NCBI GenBank assembly: GCA_030265395.1
Contig: JARFYF010000055.1
Span: forward strand, 21,368,076 to 21,432,075
Reading direction: 5' to 3'
Length of the DNA stretch: 64,000 nt
Origin: Rhina ancylostomus
Lineage: Eukaryota
Shown here: piece after piece, positions 63,041-64,000 of the stretch
Layout: each line of letters opens with the position of its first letter
Numbering within the stretch: position 1 is the first letter of the stretch
Made by a program: the position numbers and the translations under genes
Notes under the pieces: model-generated
Databases searched by the model: none
The model's input: the letters and a program-made list of their open reading frames with translations, nothing else
What the model was told of the DNA's origin: nothing

Positions 63041-63284
63041 TAGAGACGTCCATGCTAAAAAAAAATCAGCCTATGATGTACAAGCTAGAATGTCCCTTCT
63101 CACTCTTTCATCTGGTTGGACCTGAAATGCATTTAGTTGACAGTCAAAATAATTAAGTTCTAACTTGTGTCCATTCCCTGATTAATGCATTATATTCCAT
63201 TTGACAATTAGCTTTAAAAAGGTTTTGAGGTTTTAAACTATTGTATATTAAATCTAATAGCTGGCTGGTCCAAACCTTCTTGGA

Positions 63285-63384
63285 NNNNNNNNNNNNNNNN
63301 NNNNNNNNNNNNNNNNNNNNNNNNNNNNNNNNNNNNNNNNNNNNNNNNNNNNNNNNNNNNNNNNNNNNNNNNNNNNNNNNNNNN
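63285..63384. other. 100-N assembly gap with duplicated flanks; other gaps at 12823-12922, 13800-13899, 24274-24373, 26910-27009, 37703-37802, 43675-43774, 53179-53188, 58319-58356, 59722-59821
   Basis: N runs read directly. Confidence 0.98.
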
Positions 63385-63405
63385 TAATAGCTGGCTGGTC
63401 CAAAC

Positions 63406-63639
63406 CTTCTTGGATTCCAGAGGTACTTTATCCTGAAATTGAAGATCTGGTGCTTCTCTTTGTACCTCAGTTTTTACAGAAGAATCTATGAATGACCTGC
63501 ATGGCTCATTTAATTGTTTATGCAACTGTCCACTTTGTTGAGGGCTGAAGTCTTGAGCACTTTCAGAATTAAACTGCTGGATATCAAAATCCATGTCATC
63601 AACATCTGTTTTAGTGTGTGACAATGTTTCCTTTAGCTC
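63406..63639 (-). CDS. MACF1: MACF1 spectrin-repeat rod exon (1st in window), ELKETLSHTK...VPLESKK
   Basis: Acceptor ttcttttctag|GAG, donor AAG|gtttgg (weak); 234 nt, phase 0-0; DFDIQQFNSESAQDFSPQQ resembles MACF1 FDIQFFISEHAQDLSPQQ (recalled). Confidence 0.85.
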
Positions 63640-64000
63640 CTAGAAAAGAAAGAGAGGACAAAATAACATGTTGAAATCCCAAATTGCAAAACATACATCT
63701 ACATTTTGTTATTGAATTAAATAACATGAGGACATTAGCAGAAATATTTTATAGAAATAACAGAGCACCTCCAAAGCCAGTTATTTTGGCACAATAACTT
63801 ATATAATTGTAAAGGAATTTGATACACTTAGAACAAAAATTTCATTTAAATACCAAAGTCTTATTTTGACACACTTAGGTATTGGAACAACACATTATCA
63901 ATTTCTAACCCTGTGCCTCACATAGGTGATCAGCTCAGAGGGTAATTACTGTGTCTTCCTGGTGTCCACTGAAATTCAAAATCATTACCGCACCTAGAAG

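Noticed and set aside
62609-63156. Five overlapping ORFs
   Set aside because: Caused by stop-poor G-rich repeat sequence; no coding signature
27719-63639. Gene could be dystonin (DST/BPAG1) instead of MACF1
   Set aside because: Peptides such as EEFQKSLNQHSGSYE, LIGEQYLKDEL and LIMEITxPD...NGYH, plus the nested KIAA0754 ORF, fit MACF1; reciprocal BLAST would confirm

Overview
Vertebrate genomic DNA from a gapped draft assembly (eight 100-N gaps, one 10-N, one ~38-N). The repeat content (CR1/HER1-type LINEs, HE1/V-SINE-type SINEs, a Deu-domain SINE, Penelope-type fragments) suggests a cartilaginous fish; this is an inference. The whole window lies inside the spectraplakin gene MACF1 on the minus strand. 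I traced 19 consecutive spectrin-repeat rod exons from 63639 down to 27719. All have GT-AG boundaries and matching phases, and they join into one uninterrupted frame of 5304 nt (1768 codons) that follows the human MACF1 rod as I recall it. A >27.7 kb intron follows and runs off the left edge. It contains a 1214-codon single-exon ORF (9078-5434) whose N-terminus is recognisably KIAA0754, the ORF nested in the same MACF1 intron in mammals. The most interesting points are in this exon. It has its own ATG with an in-frame stop just upstream, an MGxxxS possible myristoylation start, a ~40-aa/120-nt acidic tandem repeat, and an in-frame phase-0 splice donor 8 codons before its stop. It could therefore act as an alternative first exon for a short MACF1 isoform lacking the actin-binding domain. 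Other points are a 63-nt symmetric candidate cassette exon, decayed hammerhead-ribozyme cores in Penelope-like fragments, and a (CA)n tract flanked by an 11-bp duplication. I see no evidence of a wholly new biological system. Homology calls come from recalled sequences, not database searches.
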